Source of the DNA: a virus
DNA length: 64,000 bases
Strand: one strand, 5' to 3'
IMG/VR virus record: IMGVR_UViG_3300028854_000012
Location: 26,059 to 90,058 of that record
This document shows, piece by piece, positions 1 through 8,765 of the stretch (positions within the stretch are counted from its first letter, which is position 1; every line of letters starts with the position of its first letter). Both the position numbers and the translations under genes were made by a program. The notes under the pieces were generated by a model, which had not been told where the DNA came from, searched no databases, and worked only from the letters and a program-made list of their open reading frames with translations.

Positions 1-112
1 TTATTATGATGGTTCTCTTCAAGTTCTTATAAGAGATGAAAGCAAAAAACCTTATTATGATATAGTTGGAGCAAAATATGTCAGGACTGGAGGAAAAATA
101 GTCATTCATCCA

Positions 113-520
113 ATGAGCATTACTGATTTGTTGTGGGATGATCCAGATGCATCAGTAGATTACTCTCAATTATCAGGTTGGTCTTTGGAAAAATGCACTG
201 AGACTAACGAAAAAACTCGGCAAGCTAGTTTGGATGTAGAAATTAAAGTCGATATGGATGCTTTTTTTAAGTGGGTTAAAAAGAAAACGTCGAATATTTA
301 TGTCGGTAATGGTGTCGCAGATTGTCTTCATGAGGCCAATAGATTCTACACAAATCATTTAAATCCAAAAGACCCAGTTAAAGATTTACCAGCAACTATA
401 GACAAGGATGGAAATAAGTGGTGTGCAAGTTGGAGTGAACAACGAGAAGCAATGTGGGATGATACTATTGATATAAAATGGGAAGGTGAATGGGTAATTA
501 CAAAAAAGGAAATTAAATGA
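113..520 (+). CDS. hypothetical protein
   Basis: 135-aa ORF in a run of co-oriented genes; stop overlaps next start (ATGA). Confidence 0.6.
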   Translation: MSITDLLWDDPDASVDYSQLSGWSLEKCTETNEKTRQASLDVEIKVDMDAFFKWVKKKTSNIYVGNGVADCLHEANRFYTNHLNPKDPVKDLPATIDKDGNKWCASWSEQREAMWDDTIDIKWEGEWVITKKEIK

Positions 521-687
521 ATCATGCACAACTTCACGAAGCAGTAAGAAGCCAAGTATTTGTAATAATAAAAAATTTTCCTGCTTGGTTTGTTGGAAAC
601 AGCAGTAGTAATATTAGAGATTTACATAATATTATGGCAGAAAGTTTACAAGAATCTATTGATGAATTAAAAGAAGATGTTGAATAA
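517..687 (+). CDS. small hypothetical protein (56 aa)
   Basis: Read manually: MNHAQLHEAVRSQVF...KEDVE*, ATGA-coupled to upstream ORF; below ORF-track cutoff. Confidence 0.5.
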   Translation: MNHAQLHEAVRSQVFVIIKNFPAWFVGNSSSNIRDLHNIMAESLQESIDELKEDVE

Positions 688-708
688 TAAAATATATAAA
701 GGAGAATT

Positions 709-879
709 ATGGCAAAAGTAATTGAAGAGAAGTATGTAGTTGTTCTTAGTAGATTGGTAAAAACAGATGATCAGAGTGCTGAGACAAATGTATTAAATTC
801 AGATCAACTCGAAACATTAACACAAGCAGTTGAAGGGTTAGTTGATGATCCAACTGTAGTAGTTGAAGTTATAGCGTAG
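709..879 (+). CDS. small protein, paralog A (56 aa)
   Basis: AAGGAG RBS; MAKVIEEK...QAVEGLVDDPTVVVEVIA*; similar to next ORF. Confidence 0.75.
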   Translation: MAKVIEEKYVVVLSRLVKTDDQSAETNVLNSDQLETLTQAVEGLVDDPTVVVEVIA

Positions 880-904
880 TCATATTTTAATATAAGGAAA
901 AATT

Positions 905-1084
905 ATGGCAAAAATTATTGAAGAAAAAGTGACGATTGTAATGAGTAGAATAACAACAAATGATACAAAAGAACTTCCATCTATATTAATTGGTGATGAA
1001 TTGATTACTTTACAACAAGCAGTTGAAGGATTAATTAATAATGATTCGGTTATTGTAGAAGTTTTTGCTGAAAGAGCTAGGTAA
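905..1084 (+). CDS. small protein, paralog B (59 aa)
   Basis: AAGGA RBS; MAKIIEEK...QAVEGLINNDSVIVEV. Confidence 0.75.
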   Translation: MAKIIEEKVTIVMSRITTNDTKELPSILIGDELITLQQAVEGLINNDSVIVEVFAERAR

Positions 1085-1135
1085 TATATTAGTAAGTTGT
1101 TCCCTGAAAGGGAACATTTTGAACATGGAGTAATA

Positions 1136-1576
1136 ATGCGAAATAAAACAGACTATGGGGAAGTATTAGTTAGTGGGTTAAGTTTTGGTGGAAGTGTGGA
1201 AGACCAGCCAACTAAACAGACTAGTTATATAAGTGAACCGGTGAAGGGTGATGGTTTAGTTCATCGTGCCTCTGGTCTTCATACCATACAGATTCATACG
1301 ATTAACACAACAGCCGATATTATGTTTGAGGCCACCCTTGATCGTGACCCATGTTCTACGGCATGGATTCCTATTTCTATTACAAATACTTCCACTGGAA
1401 ATATTTCCACTGTCCTACATTATGTTTATAATTCATCGGTTCCAAACATTCCTTCATCTGGTAAAACAATTGAACTTAATGAGTTTTTTACAGCACAGGG
1501 TCAATATGCTTGGATTCGGGTTAATATCAGTAATATATCAAATGGGATAATTGATAGTATTAAAGTAAGTTTCTAG
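1136..1576 (+). CDS. hypothetical beta-rich protein, possibly virion-associated
   Basis: GGAG RBS precedes ATG 1136 (preferred over TTG 1097); SEPVKGDG...GLHTIQ...WIRV motif. Confidence 0.55.
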   Translation: MRNKTDYGEVLVSGLSFGGSVEDQPTKQTSYISEPVKGDGLVHRASGLHTIQIHTINTTADIMFEATLDRDPCSTAWIPISITNTSTGNISTVLHYVYNSSVPNIPSSGKTIELNEFFTAQGQYAWIRVNISNISNGIIDSIKVSF

Positions 1577-1584
1577 GAAAATGA

Positions 1585-2865
1585 ATGGAAGATATTAGAG
1601 AACAAGTTTTAGAAATAGTTAATAACAATGTTACACGAATATCTGATAAACTTAAAAAAGCTAATCTTTGGGATTGGGTTGTTGCACAAGTCCCACCAGA
1701 TAAACTAGAAGTATGTAGAAACACGGCTGAAATAATATATATTGCTTTAAATCCATATAAATCTCCGTTATGTCCAAATGGACGACAAAAATATTTTTAT
1801 AATATTCAACGTGGATTTTCAGAAAGATGCAATGTAAAAACGTTTTGTCCATGTCATACAAATTTTATAGAATCTGATTCATGGAAGGAACGCTCGGTAA
1901 TAGCCAAACAAAAAAGAAAAAAATCTTTTATAAATAAATGGAAGGTAGAAAATCCAAGTCAACATCCCGATATACAACAAAAGAAAATAGAAACAAATCA
2001 AAATAAATTTGGATGTGATTGGGCACCACAATCATCAGAAGTAAAAAATAAAAATAAAAATACTTGTCAAGAAAGATATGGAGTGAATTCTGGTTTGCAA
2101 TTACCTCATGTTAGAGGAGCATTACAAGATTATCGTGTTGCACATTTAGAAGAGATTTTGGAGAAAACAAGAAACACTAATATTGAACGATGTGGTTTTC
2201 CATATTCGTCACAATCAGAGAAACAGAAAGAAAAATATATTAATACTTGTATGGAACGATATGAAGTTCCGTGGACAACACTGTTGCCATCTATGAAAGA
2301 AAAATCTATTAATACATGTATGGAACGATATAATGTTTCAAATGGTGCTCAAAGAAAATTTTCCGAAGAAACCATACAAATTTTAAATGATCCTATTATT
2401 TTAAAAGAACGTGTGGATTTGGTTGGAAAAGTTAAACTATCTATTGCCTTGAATATTAGATTTGGAACATTACAGAGATATATGTTAAAATATGGAATAG
2501 AATCTGATTATGGCAATAGCTATGAAATTGAAATTTCTGAATGGTTAAATGATAACAATATAATTTTTAAATTACATGATAGAACTCAAATAAAACCACT
2601 TGAATTAGATTTTTATATACCAGATAAAAAATTTGCCATTGAATTTCAAGGAGATTATTGGCATATGAATCCAATTATATATGAAGCAACTGATTATAAT
2701 AAAAATATAGAACTTACAGCTAAAGAAATATGGAACAGAGACAAATATAAGATTAGCCGATGTGAAGAGAAAAACATATTAGTGGCTTGTATTTGGGAAA
2801 CAGATTGGAATGAAAACAAAGAATATATAAAAGACAAAATCTTAAAAATTATAAAGGAACTATAA
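1585..2865 (+). CDS. putative homing endonuclease (T-x-x-ERYG repeats plus Vsr/PD-(D/E)XK domain)
   Basis: Repeated TC-x-ERY(G) units; C-terminal ELDFYIP..AIEFQGDYWH..IWE. Confidence 0.75.
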   Translation: MEDIREQVLEIVNNNVTRISDKLKKANLWDWVVAQVPPDKLEVCRNTAEIIYIALNPYKSPLCPNGRQKYFYNIQRGFSERCNVKTFCPCHTNFIESDSWKERSVIAKQKRKKSFINKWKVENPSQHPDIQQKKIETNQNKFGCDWAPQSSEVKNKNKNTCQERYGVNSGLQLPHVRGALQDYRVAHLEEILEKTRNTNIERCGFPYSSQSEKQKEKYINTCMERYEVPWTTLLPSMKEKSINTCMERYNVSNGAQRKFSEETIQILNDPIILKERVDLVGKVKLSIALNIRFGTLQRYMLKYGIESDYGNSYEIEISEWLNDNNIIFKLHDRTQIKPLELDFYIPDKKFAIEFQGDYWHMNPIIYEATDYNKNIELTAKEIWNRDKYKISRCEEKNILVACIWETDWNENKEYIKDKILKIIKEL

Positions 2866-3776
2866 TGAATATAACACAAGAGCAAGTAGAATTTCTTCGT
2901 AAACAACATATACAATTTTCACTTCCTATGTATGGTGGAATGTGTCACGAATCACTTATGACTGGTATGGTAAAGTTTGCTATTTACGCCCAACGAATTG
3001 GAATGCCATTTTCAATCGATTCGATGTCGAATGAGTCACTTATACAACGTGCAAGATGCCATCTCACAGCGAAATTTCTCGATAATGCTGTAGCAACTCA
3101 TTTAATGTTTATTGATAGTGATATTGGATTTGAACCAGAACATATTTTTAAACTTGTTCTTGCCGATAAAGATATTATTGGAGGATTGTATCCAAAGAAA
3201 TCTATTCCGCCAGATTTTGTTGTTAATGTAAGTCCAGAAGCAGTCGATGAAGCTGGTCAGGTAAAAATGACGGATGGTTTGATTCCTGTTAGTAGATTAG
3301 GAACAGGATTTATGCTTATTAAACGAGAAGTATTTGAAAAGCATATGGCGGCGTATCCACAAACAAAATTTACTAATAATATTGGTCTTGATCCAAAATA
3401 TAATAAATGGTGTTATACTTTCTTTGATTGTGTAATTAGTCAAGATGAGAACCGGGAAATGCTTTCTGAAGATTGGTATTTTTGTGCAAAGAGTAGAGTA
3501 TTAGGAATTGACATTTTTGCCGATCCAACAATTCGTCTCAATCATAGTGGAACATTTGTATTTCCGGGTGATCCAACTGCTCTTTATAATAGCATGGGAT
3601 TGAAATTGGATACAAATCCACATTTAACTCCAAGAATTGCTATGAGAAAAGATGAAGTAAACGATCTTTCTTGTATCAACACAGCTAAACCAGATATGAA
3701 AGCATTTCAAGAATATTTGGATAAGAAAGTCCAAGAAAAAGAAAATGTAAATAATGGAAATATTACTATTCCATAA
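2865..3776 (+). CDS. GT-A fold glycosyltransferase-like protein
   Basis: NESLIQRAR, LMFIDSD (DxD), GTGFMLIKR, LSEDWYFC motifs. Confidence 0.75.
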   Translation: MNITQEQVEFLRKQHIQFSLPMYGGMCHESLMTGMVKFAIYAQRIGMPFSIDSMSNESLIQRARCHLTAKFLDNAVATHLMFIDSDIGFEPEHIFKLVLADKDIIGGLYPKKSIPPDFVVNVSPEAVDEAGQVKMTDGLIPVSRLGTGFMLIKREVFEKHMAAYPQTKFTNNIGLDPKYNKWCYTFFDCVISQDENREMLSEDWYFCAKSRVLGIDIFADPTIRLNHSGTFVFPGDPTALYNSMGLKLDTNPHLTPRIAMRKDEVNDLSCINTAKPDMKAFQEYLDKKVQEKENVNNGNITIP

Positions 3777-3784
3777 AGGTAAAT

Positions 3785-4207
3785 ATGATTAACAAAAATG
3801 ATACTTCTAACTATGCGGCAAAGAACTTGCCGCATAGAATTTGTAAGGACTGTAAACAACCTGTAAGTTATGATAACTATTATACTTCATACATTTGTTA
3901 TAATCATCCAAATGCAGGTTGGGAATGGACTAATCCTGTAGAAAATATTAAACCATGTGAACATAAACGGTGTTATATGCGTGATGGATATGATCATCCA
4001 ATATGTGATAACTGTGGTGCCGATAAACCCAAAGAACAATATGATTTCTCTAAAGCAGAGGTTGGTAAGTATTATATTCCAGAAGAAATTAAAGAATTTT
4101 TATGGAAAACAAGACCAGAATATTATGATATTAGCACAGATGCACATTATTCTGCATTAATTCATAATGAACAACTTTTAAAGTTATATAAGAAAATGAA
4201 GGAGTAG
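3785..4207 (+). CDS. hypothetical protein with CxxC pairs
   Basis: 140-aa ORF, AAGGT RBS, CKDC and CDNC. Confidence 0.55.
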   Translation: MINKNDTSNYAAKNLPHRICKDCKQPVSYDNYYTSYICYNHPNAGWEWTNPVENIKPCEHKRCYMRDGYDHPICDNCGADKPKEQYDFSKAEVGKYYIPEEIKEFLWKTRPEYYDISTDAHYSALIHNEQLLKLYKKMKE

Positions 4208-4210
4208 GTT

Positions 4211-4615
4211 ATGTTTGTATTACAACCATGGGTATCCACTGTTGGATTAAAGATGCAAAGTATTTTGTTAAGTGGATTAAGAGCGCCAGATTTTAAAACA
4301 AATGCAGTTAAAAAATGTGTTAGATATATGCGCGGCGTATGTCAGATTGATGCTGATCCTGCAAAACAGTCTTATATGCAAAAGATTCCTATTGATAAAA
4401 CACTGTTGGATGAAGCAGTTGATGAATTGGAATATTTAACAGTTCATTATGTTCATCATTTTGCAGATTCAATGAGAATTGTAGCAATATTTCATCCCGA
4501 TAAAGAAGTTAGGGATAATGTATTATATTTACATGAACAAATTGCGGTTGAATTATTTCATTTTAAAATTGAAACAGATGAAGAATTTTTGGAAAGGCAC
4601 AAGGATAAAATTTAA
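4211..4615 (+). CDS. hypothetical protein
   Basis: 134-aa ORF with GGAG/AGG upstream. Confidence 0.6.
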   Translation: MFVLQPWVSTVGLKMQSILLSGLRAPDFKTNAVKKCVRYMRGVCQIDADPAKQSYMQKIPIDKTLLDEAVDELEYLTVHYVHHFADSMRIVAIFHPDKEVRDNVLYLHEQIAVELFHFKIETDEEFLERHKDKI

Positions 4616-5158
4616 ATGAAGATAACCGAATTGAAACAAACATCTAAAATTGGTCATGTTTATTTGGACTTAGATGGGGTGATTGCTAATTGTGATCAGG
4701 GTATTGTAGATTACAATCATATAACTATGGAACAGCATAAAGCGGCTGGATGGGATAATGAATACTGGCATAATGTATTAGATAATGCTGATATTAAAGA
4801 ATTTTATATTAATTTAGAATTTGAACCAAATGGACAAGCATTGTTAAATTGGTTTATTAGTCATCATATTCCTTTTACTTTTTTAACACGACCATGCAAA
4901 GAGCCAAATACACAGGCTTGTATTGAAGGTAAGAAAATTTGGTTGAAAAGAAATGGATTGGGAGATATTCCTGTTTTATTTGAAAGAGATAAAGAAAAAT
5001 ATGCTGTTTCTTCTAATGGATTACCAAATATTTTAATTGATGACCACAGCGGAAATATAAGTAAATGGAATAAAGCTGGCGGTGTTGAAATTTTATATAA
5101 ATGGGAATTGTTTCCAGATGTTATAAAGAAACTTGAAAAATTATTGCTTAATCAATAA
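4616..5158 (+). CDS. HAD-family 5'(3')-deoxyribonucleotidase-like protein
   Basis: YLDLDGV motif I, GKKIWL, ILIDD motif IV, WNKAGG. Confidence 0.85.
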   Translation: MKITELKQTSKIGHVYLDLDGVIANCDQGIVDYNHITMEQHKAAGWDNEYWHNVLDNADIKEFYINLEFEPNGQALLNWFISHHIPFTFLTRPCKEPNTQACIEGKKIWLKRNGLGDIPVLFERDKEKYAVSSNGLPNILIDDHSGNISKWNKAGGVEILYKWELFPDVIKKLEKLLLNQ

Positions 5159-5166
5159 ATACTAAT

Positions 5167-5505
5167 ATGAAAATAAACGAAGTTATAATTGATAAGAAAG
5201 CTATATTGTTCACAGTTAAAAATGCTGTTAAAAATAGCGGTGCCGTTTTTAATAAAACCAATTCTTTTCAAGTTTTAGGAATCAATTTTTCTGTAGATGT
5301 TTCAGACGGAGAACCAAAATTATATATTGGCGATATGTTGTCCACTTCAAATATTGAAGGTGGAGCAAAAGGACAATGTATAAATTATCTTTATAATATT
5401 TTGTTGAGCAAAGAACGTGATAAAGAAGAACCATTGGATTTAGATGCATCGGTTGCGAATAAATTTTTTAAGCATGTTGAATCTCAAAAGTGGCGAAATA
5501 GATGA
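5167..5505 (+). CDS. hypothetical protein (MKINEV N-terminus)
   Basis: 112-aa ORF 5 nt after ATAAATA. Confidence 0.6.
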   Translation: MKINEVIIDKKAILFTVKNAVKNSGAVFNKTNSFQVLGINFSVDVSDGEPKLYIGDMLSTSNIEGGAKGQCINYLYNILLSKERDKEEPLDLDASVANKFFKHVESQKWRNR

Positions 5506-5640
5506 AGTCTATTAAATTAAGCTCTCTTTTCCTGATATAGACCGTGGTGAACATTGCCTTTAGGGAGCGGTATGTTAAAAGAAAGTCAGGTGCAGTATAG
5601 CCGAGGATTATATTATAATCTTAAAAACTGCCTCGGTAAT

Positions 5641-5648
5641 TATAAATA
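5641..5648 (+). promoter_or_regulatory. T4-like late promoter TATAAATA
   Basis: Exact T4 late consensus 5 nt before ATG 5654; same at 6236, 34666; also at 45027, 51163. Confidence 0.7.
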
Positions 5649-5653
5649 GTAGT

Positions 5654-6232
5654 ATGAAAATAACTGAATTATTGGAAGATTCCTCCGACACTATGACTTT
5701 TTGGCATGGTGGGAGGAATTTACAATTTAATCATATGGAAATGCTTGGAGCCAAGCATGGCCGATGGGAATATGGGCCGGGGCTTTATTTGACTAATCAC
5801 TACGAAACTGCAAGAAAATATGCTAAAGGTGGTGGTTCGACATATAAAGTTACGGTAGAAAAAGGAACGGATATTAAACAGATTACCATTGATCTTAAAG
5901 AAGTTATTGATTTTGTAAAAAGATATGTCATTGGAAAACATCGTTCTAATATTATTGATGATTTAAAAAACAATCTTAATAAACTTGGGATATTACAATT
6001 AGAAGTTTTAGTTAACCTTTGTGTGAACTATGATGCCTTATCTCCAAAAAATACTGTTGAACTAAGAAAGTTTTTAGTTAATCATGGTGCAGATTATGAA
6101 ATTGTTCGTGGATATGGTGGAAGAGATGAACATATTGCTATAATTTTTAACCCAACTAAAATTAAAAATATTGAGCCAATTAAAGCATCTGATGTTACGT
6201 TGGATCAATGGAAACTTCTTATAAACAAATAA
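5654..6232 (+). CDS. ADP-ribosyltransferase-fold-like protein
   Basis: FWHGG..GPGLYLT..ARKYA..YKV pattern typical of ART-like domains of phage polyvalent proteins. Confidence 0.55.
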   Translation: MKITELLEDSSDTMTFWHGGRNLQFNHMEMLGAKHGRWEYGPGLYLTNHYETARKYAKGGGSTYKVTVEKGTDIKQITIDLKEVIDFVKRYVIGKHRSNIIDDLKNNLNKLGILQLEVLVNLCVNYDALSPKNTVELRKFLVNHGADYEIVRGYGGRDEHIAIIFNPTKIKNIEPIKASDVTLDQWKLLINK

Positions 6233-6248
6233 TCTTATAAATACTACT

Positions 6249-8765
6249 ATGAGATTGCGACATTTATTTGAGGCATTAACACTACGAAAAGAGCTTGTAA
6301 TTTATTCGGGTTCTTTTAGTCCGTGGCATCTCGGTCATTCTGCGGTATATAAATATCTCAATAAAAAATTCCCTCAAGCTGATATTTTTGTTGCATCGTC
6401 TTCAAAAAAGACGGTGGATCGTTCATTTTCGTTTGATGATAAAAAATTTCTTGTCTCTCAAGCTGGAATTCCAGAAGATAAGTTTGTAGAAGTTATCGCT
6501 CCTTATAAAGCAAATGAAATCACGAAGAATTATGATCTAAATAATACTGTTTTAATTTTTGCTATCAGCAGAAAAGATAAAGATCGTTTGGCTCGTCCAA
6601 ATAAGAAAAATGGAGAAGCTCCATATTTTTTGCCATATATTAATTCTGAAGAATGTGAACCATTTTCTAAACATGGATATTTTATAGTAGTTCCTACCGT
6701 TAAGTTTTCATTATTGGGAAAATCAATAAATTCCGCAGCGCAAATCCGTGAAATGTATAAGAATTCAAATGATAGAACCCGTTTGAAAATATCTAAATCT
6801 CTGTATCCTAATTCAAATAAAATTCAAGAAATTAAAGATATTCTTGATACTATTCTTGTGTCATCAACGCTTATTGAATATTCAGGTGTTGTTTCGGATA
6901 AGGTTGATGACGATGGTTGGATTCTCCCAAATGGCGAATTTATACCCAATGGTTATCCTACTGGTTATGGTGGACATAGTTCAACGCTTTATAATTATAA
7001 AATTAAATCATATGATGAAGCCTACGATAAAGGATGGGTTCATTTTATAATTAGGGATAATAACGGGATATTAGATACCGACAATGCAGAGGTAGAAGAT
7101 AACAAAAATATTGATACTTTTGTTCGTAATAGATTAAAAGATTTCCCATATGTGACATTAACTATCTGGCCAAAAAATGACAATGAACGTAAAACAAAAA
7201 AATTTGAATGGAATGGTAGATATTTTAATCAAGTTAATAATACAAAAGTTTATGAGTCATTAGATAACTATAATACTATTACCAATTTTGGTTGGTTACT
7301 CCCCAATGGAACTTTTTTAGAAGGATGGTCACACTCTAAGATTCTTAGAAGAGAAGGCTTGAAGGATTATATTGATGCCTATGAATTGGGATGGCTTCAT
7401 TTTCAATTTGGTAATAATTATAGTAGAAGCGGTAGTATTATTTCATCTTATGGATTATTTGGAACAAACCAAAGTCTTCAAGTAGTCCAAAAAACAGTAA
7501 AAATCGGAGCAAATAGAATATCAAAAAATATTGATAATATCTATATTCAATGTTCGGAAGGTATATTTAGATATGATAGAGATTATTTTACATTTAAAAA
7601 AGTTAGAAATACTGTTCTTGAATCGATAATTACAGAAAATGAGAACATTACAAAAGATGGTTGGTTTACTCCTAACGGCAAATTTGTTGAAAATCGTTTT
7701 GGTAGTGGGCATTTTGGAACATTGCGTAACGTTGGTATAGATTCTTATGATGAAGCCTTTGATTTAGGGTGGGTTCATTTTTCTGGAACTAATAATCCAC
7801 ATGGTGTGTGTAACTTGCAAATAGGAGTTTCTTATTCAGACAATATAGAATTTATTAATAATATTGCTAAAAAACTTGAACATAATTTTCCAATTATTAA
7901 ATTAATAGAAAAATGGTATAAAGTTTTTAATAGATATGAATGGGATGGAAAAGATTTTAGATCGGTAAATCGTAATAAGTTTAATGAATCAGTTATAACA
8001 GAAAACATTAAACAAGATGGTTGGCTTCTTCCATCTGGTCAATTTATTCCTAATCCTTATGGGTCTGGACATTGGGACACTTTAAAGAAAAAAGGATTTA
8101 AATCTTATAGTGATGCATGGCAACGTGGCTGGATGCATATATCATTTTTTAATGATAGTTGTATTATATCAGCATATTCAGAATTGGAAGAAATGGAACC
8201 ATTGTTAACAAAAATTGCAAAACAAACAGAAAAGGTTTATCCAATTATACGAGTTGATTGTGGCTCTGGACGTAATTATAAGAAATATGAATGGACAGGA
8301 AAAGAATTTGTTCCTATTAAAATAAAAATGTTTAATGAATCACCAGATTTCAATTATTCGATGTTTCATAATCGAGATAAAGAATTAAAAAATGTTAAAT
8401 TTAACTGTGTTGTTACTCGTAATAGTGGTGGTGGAACTTATTTAGAAGTTATGGCAATGCTGGATTTAGAACAAATTGGTTATATACATATTTTATATGA
8501 TAAAACAGCTTTCAATTATTCAATTGGTATGGTTAGGAGAAGTGATATTGAATATGAATGGAAGGGAACCGGTCTTGGACAAATGTTATATGATAAAGCA
8601 ATTCATTATGCAAAAGAAAAAGGTTGTAAATATTTATGGTCAGATACAGAACGATCAGTAAATGCAGAAAATGCTTGGAAAAGATTATCGAAGAGATACC
8701 CAATAACTTTTGTAACAAGCAAATCAGGAATGAAATATTATCAAGTTGATTTGGACAAAATATAA
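6249..8765 (+). CDS. multidomain protein: HIGH-type nucleotidyltransferase-like domain, four repeats of an unknown domain, GNAT domain
   Basis: YSGSFSPWHLGH; four GW-x-x-P-x-G-x-F...H...Y-x-x-A-x-x-x-GW-x-H repeats; C-terminal WKGTGLGQMLY...SD..RS..A..AW. Confidence 0.75.
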   Translation: MRLRHLFEALTLRKELVIYSGSFSPWHLGHSAVYKYLNKKFPQADIFVASSSKKTVDRSFSFDDKKFLVSQAGIPEDKFVEVIAPYKANEITKNYDLNNTVLIFAISRKDKDRLARPNKKNGEAPYFLPYINSEECEPFSKHGYFIVVPTVKFSLLGKSINSAAQIREMYKNSNDRTRLKISKSLYPNSNKIQEIKDILDTILVSSTLIEYSGVVSDKVDDDGWILPNGEFIPNGYPTGYGGHSSTLYNYKIKSYDEAYDKGWVHFIIRDNNGILDTDNAEVEDNKNIDTFVRNRLKDFPYVTLTIWPKNDNERKTKKFEWNGRYFNQVNNTKVYESLDNYNTITNFGWLLPNGTFLEGWSHSKILRREGLKDYIDAYELGWLHFQFGNNYSRSGSIISSYGLFGTNQSLQVVQKTVKIGANRISKNIDNIYIQCSEGIFRYDRDYFTFKKVRNTVLESIITENENITKDGWFTPNGKFVENRFGSGHFGTLRNVGIDSYDEAFDLGWVHFSGTNNPHGVCNLQIGVSYSDNIEFINNIAKKLEHNFPIIKLIEKWYKVFNRYEWDGKDFRSVNRNKFNESVITENIKQDGWLLPSGQFIPNPYGSGHWDTLKKKGFKSYSDAWQRGWMHISFFNDSCIISAYSELEEMEPLLTKIAKQTEKVYPIIRVDCGSGRNYKKYEWTGKEFVPIKIKMFNESPDFNYSMFHNRDKELKNVKFNCVVTRNSGGGTYLEVMAMLDLEQIGYIHILYDKTAFNYSIGMVRRSDIEYEWKGTGLGQMLYDKAIHYAKEKGCKYLWSDTERSVNAENAWKRLSKRYPITFVTSKSGMKYYQVDLDKI

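Noticed and set aside
5540-5596. Pistol or hammerhead ribozyme (CGTGGT...TCAGGTGCA; CTGA...GAAA)
   Set aside because: Pistol P1 partner and conserved core missing; no CTGANGA hammerhead core
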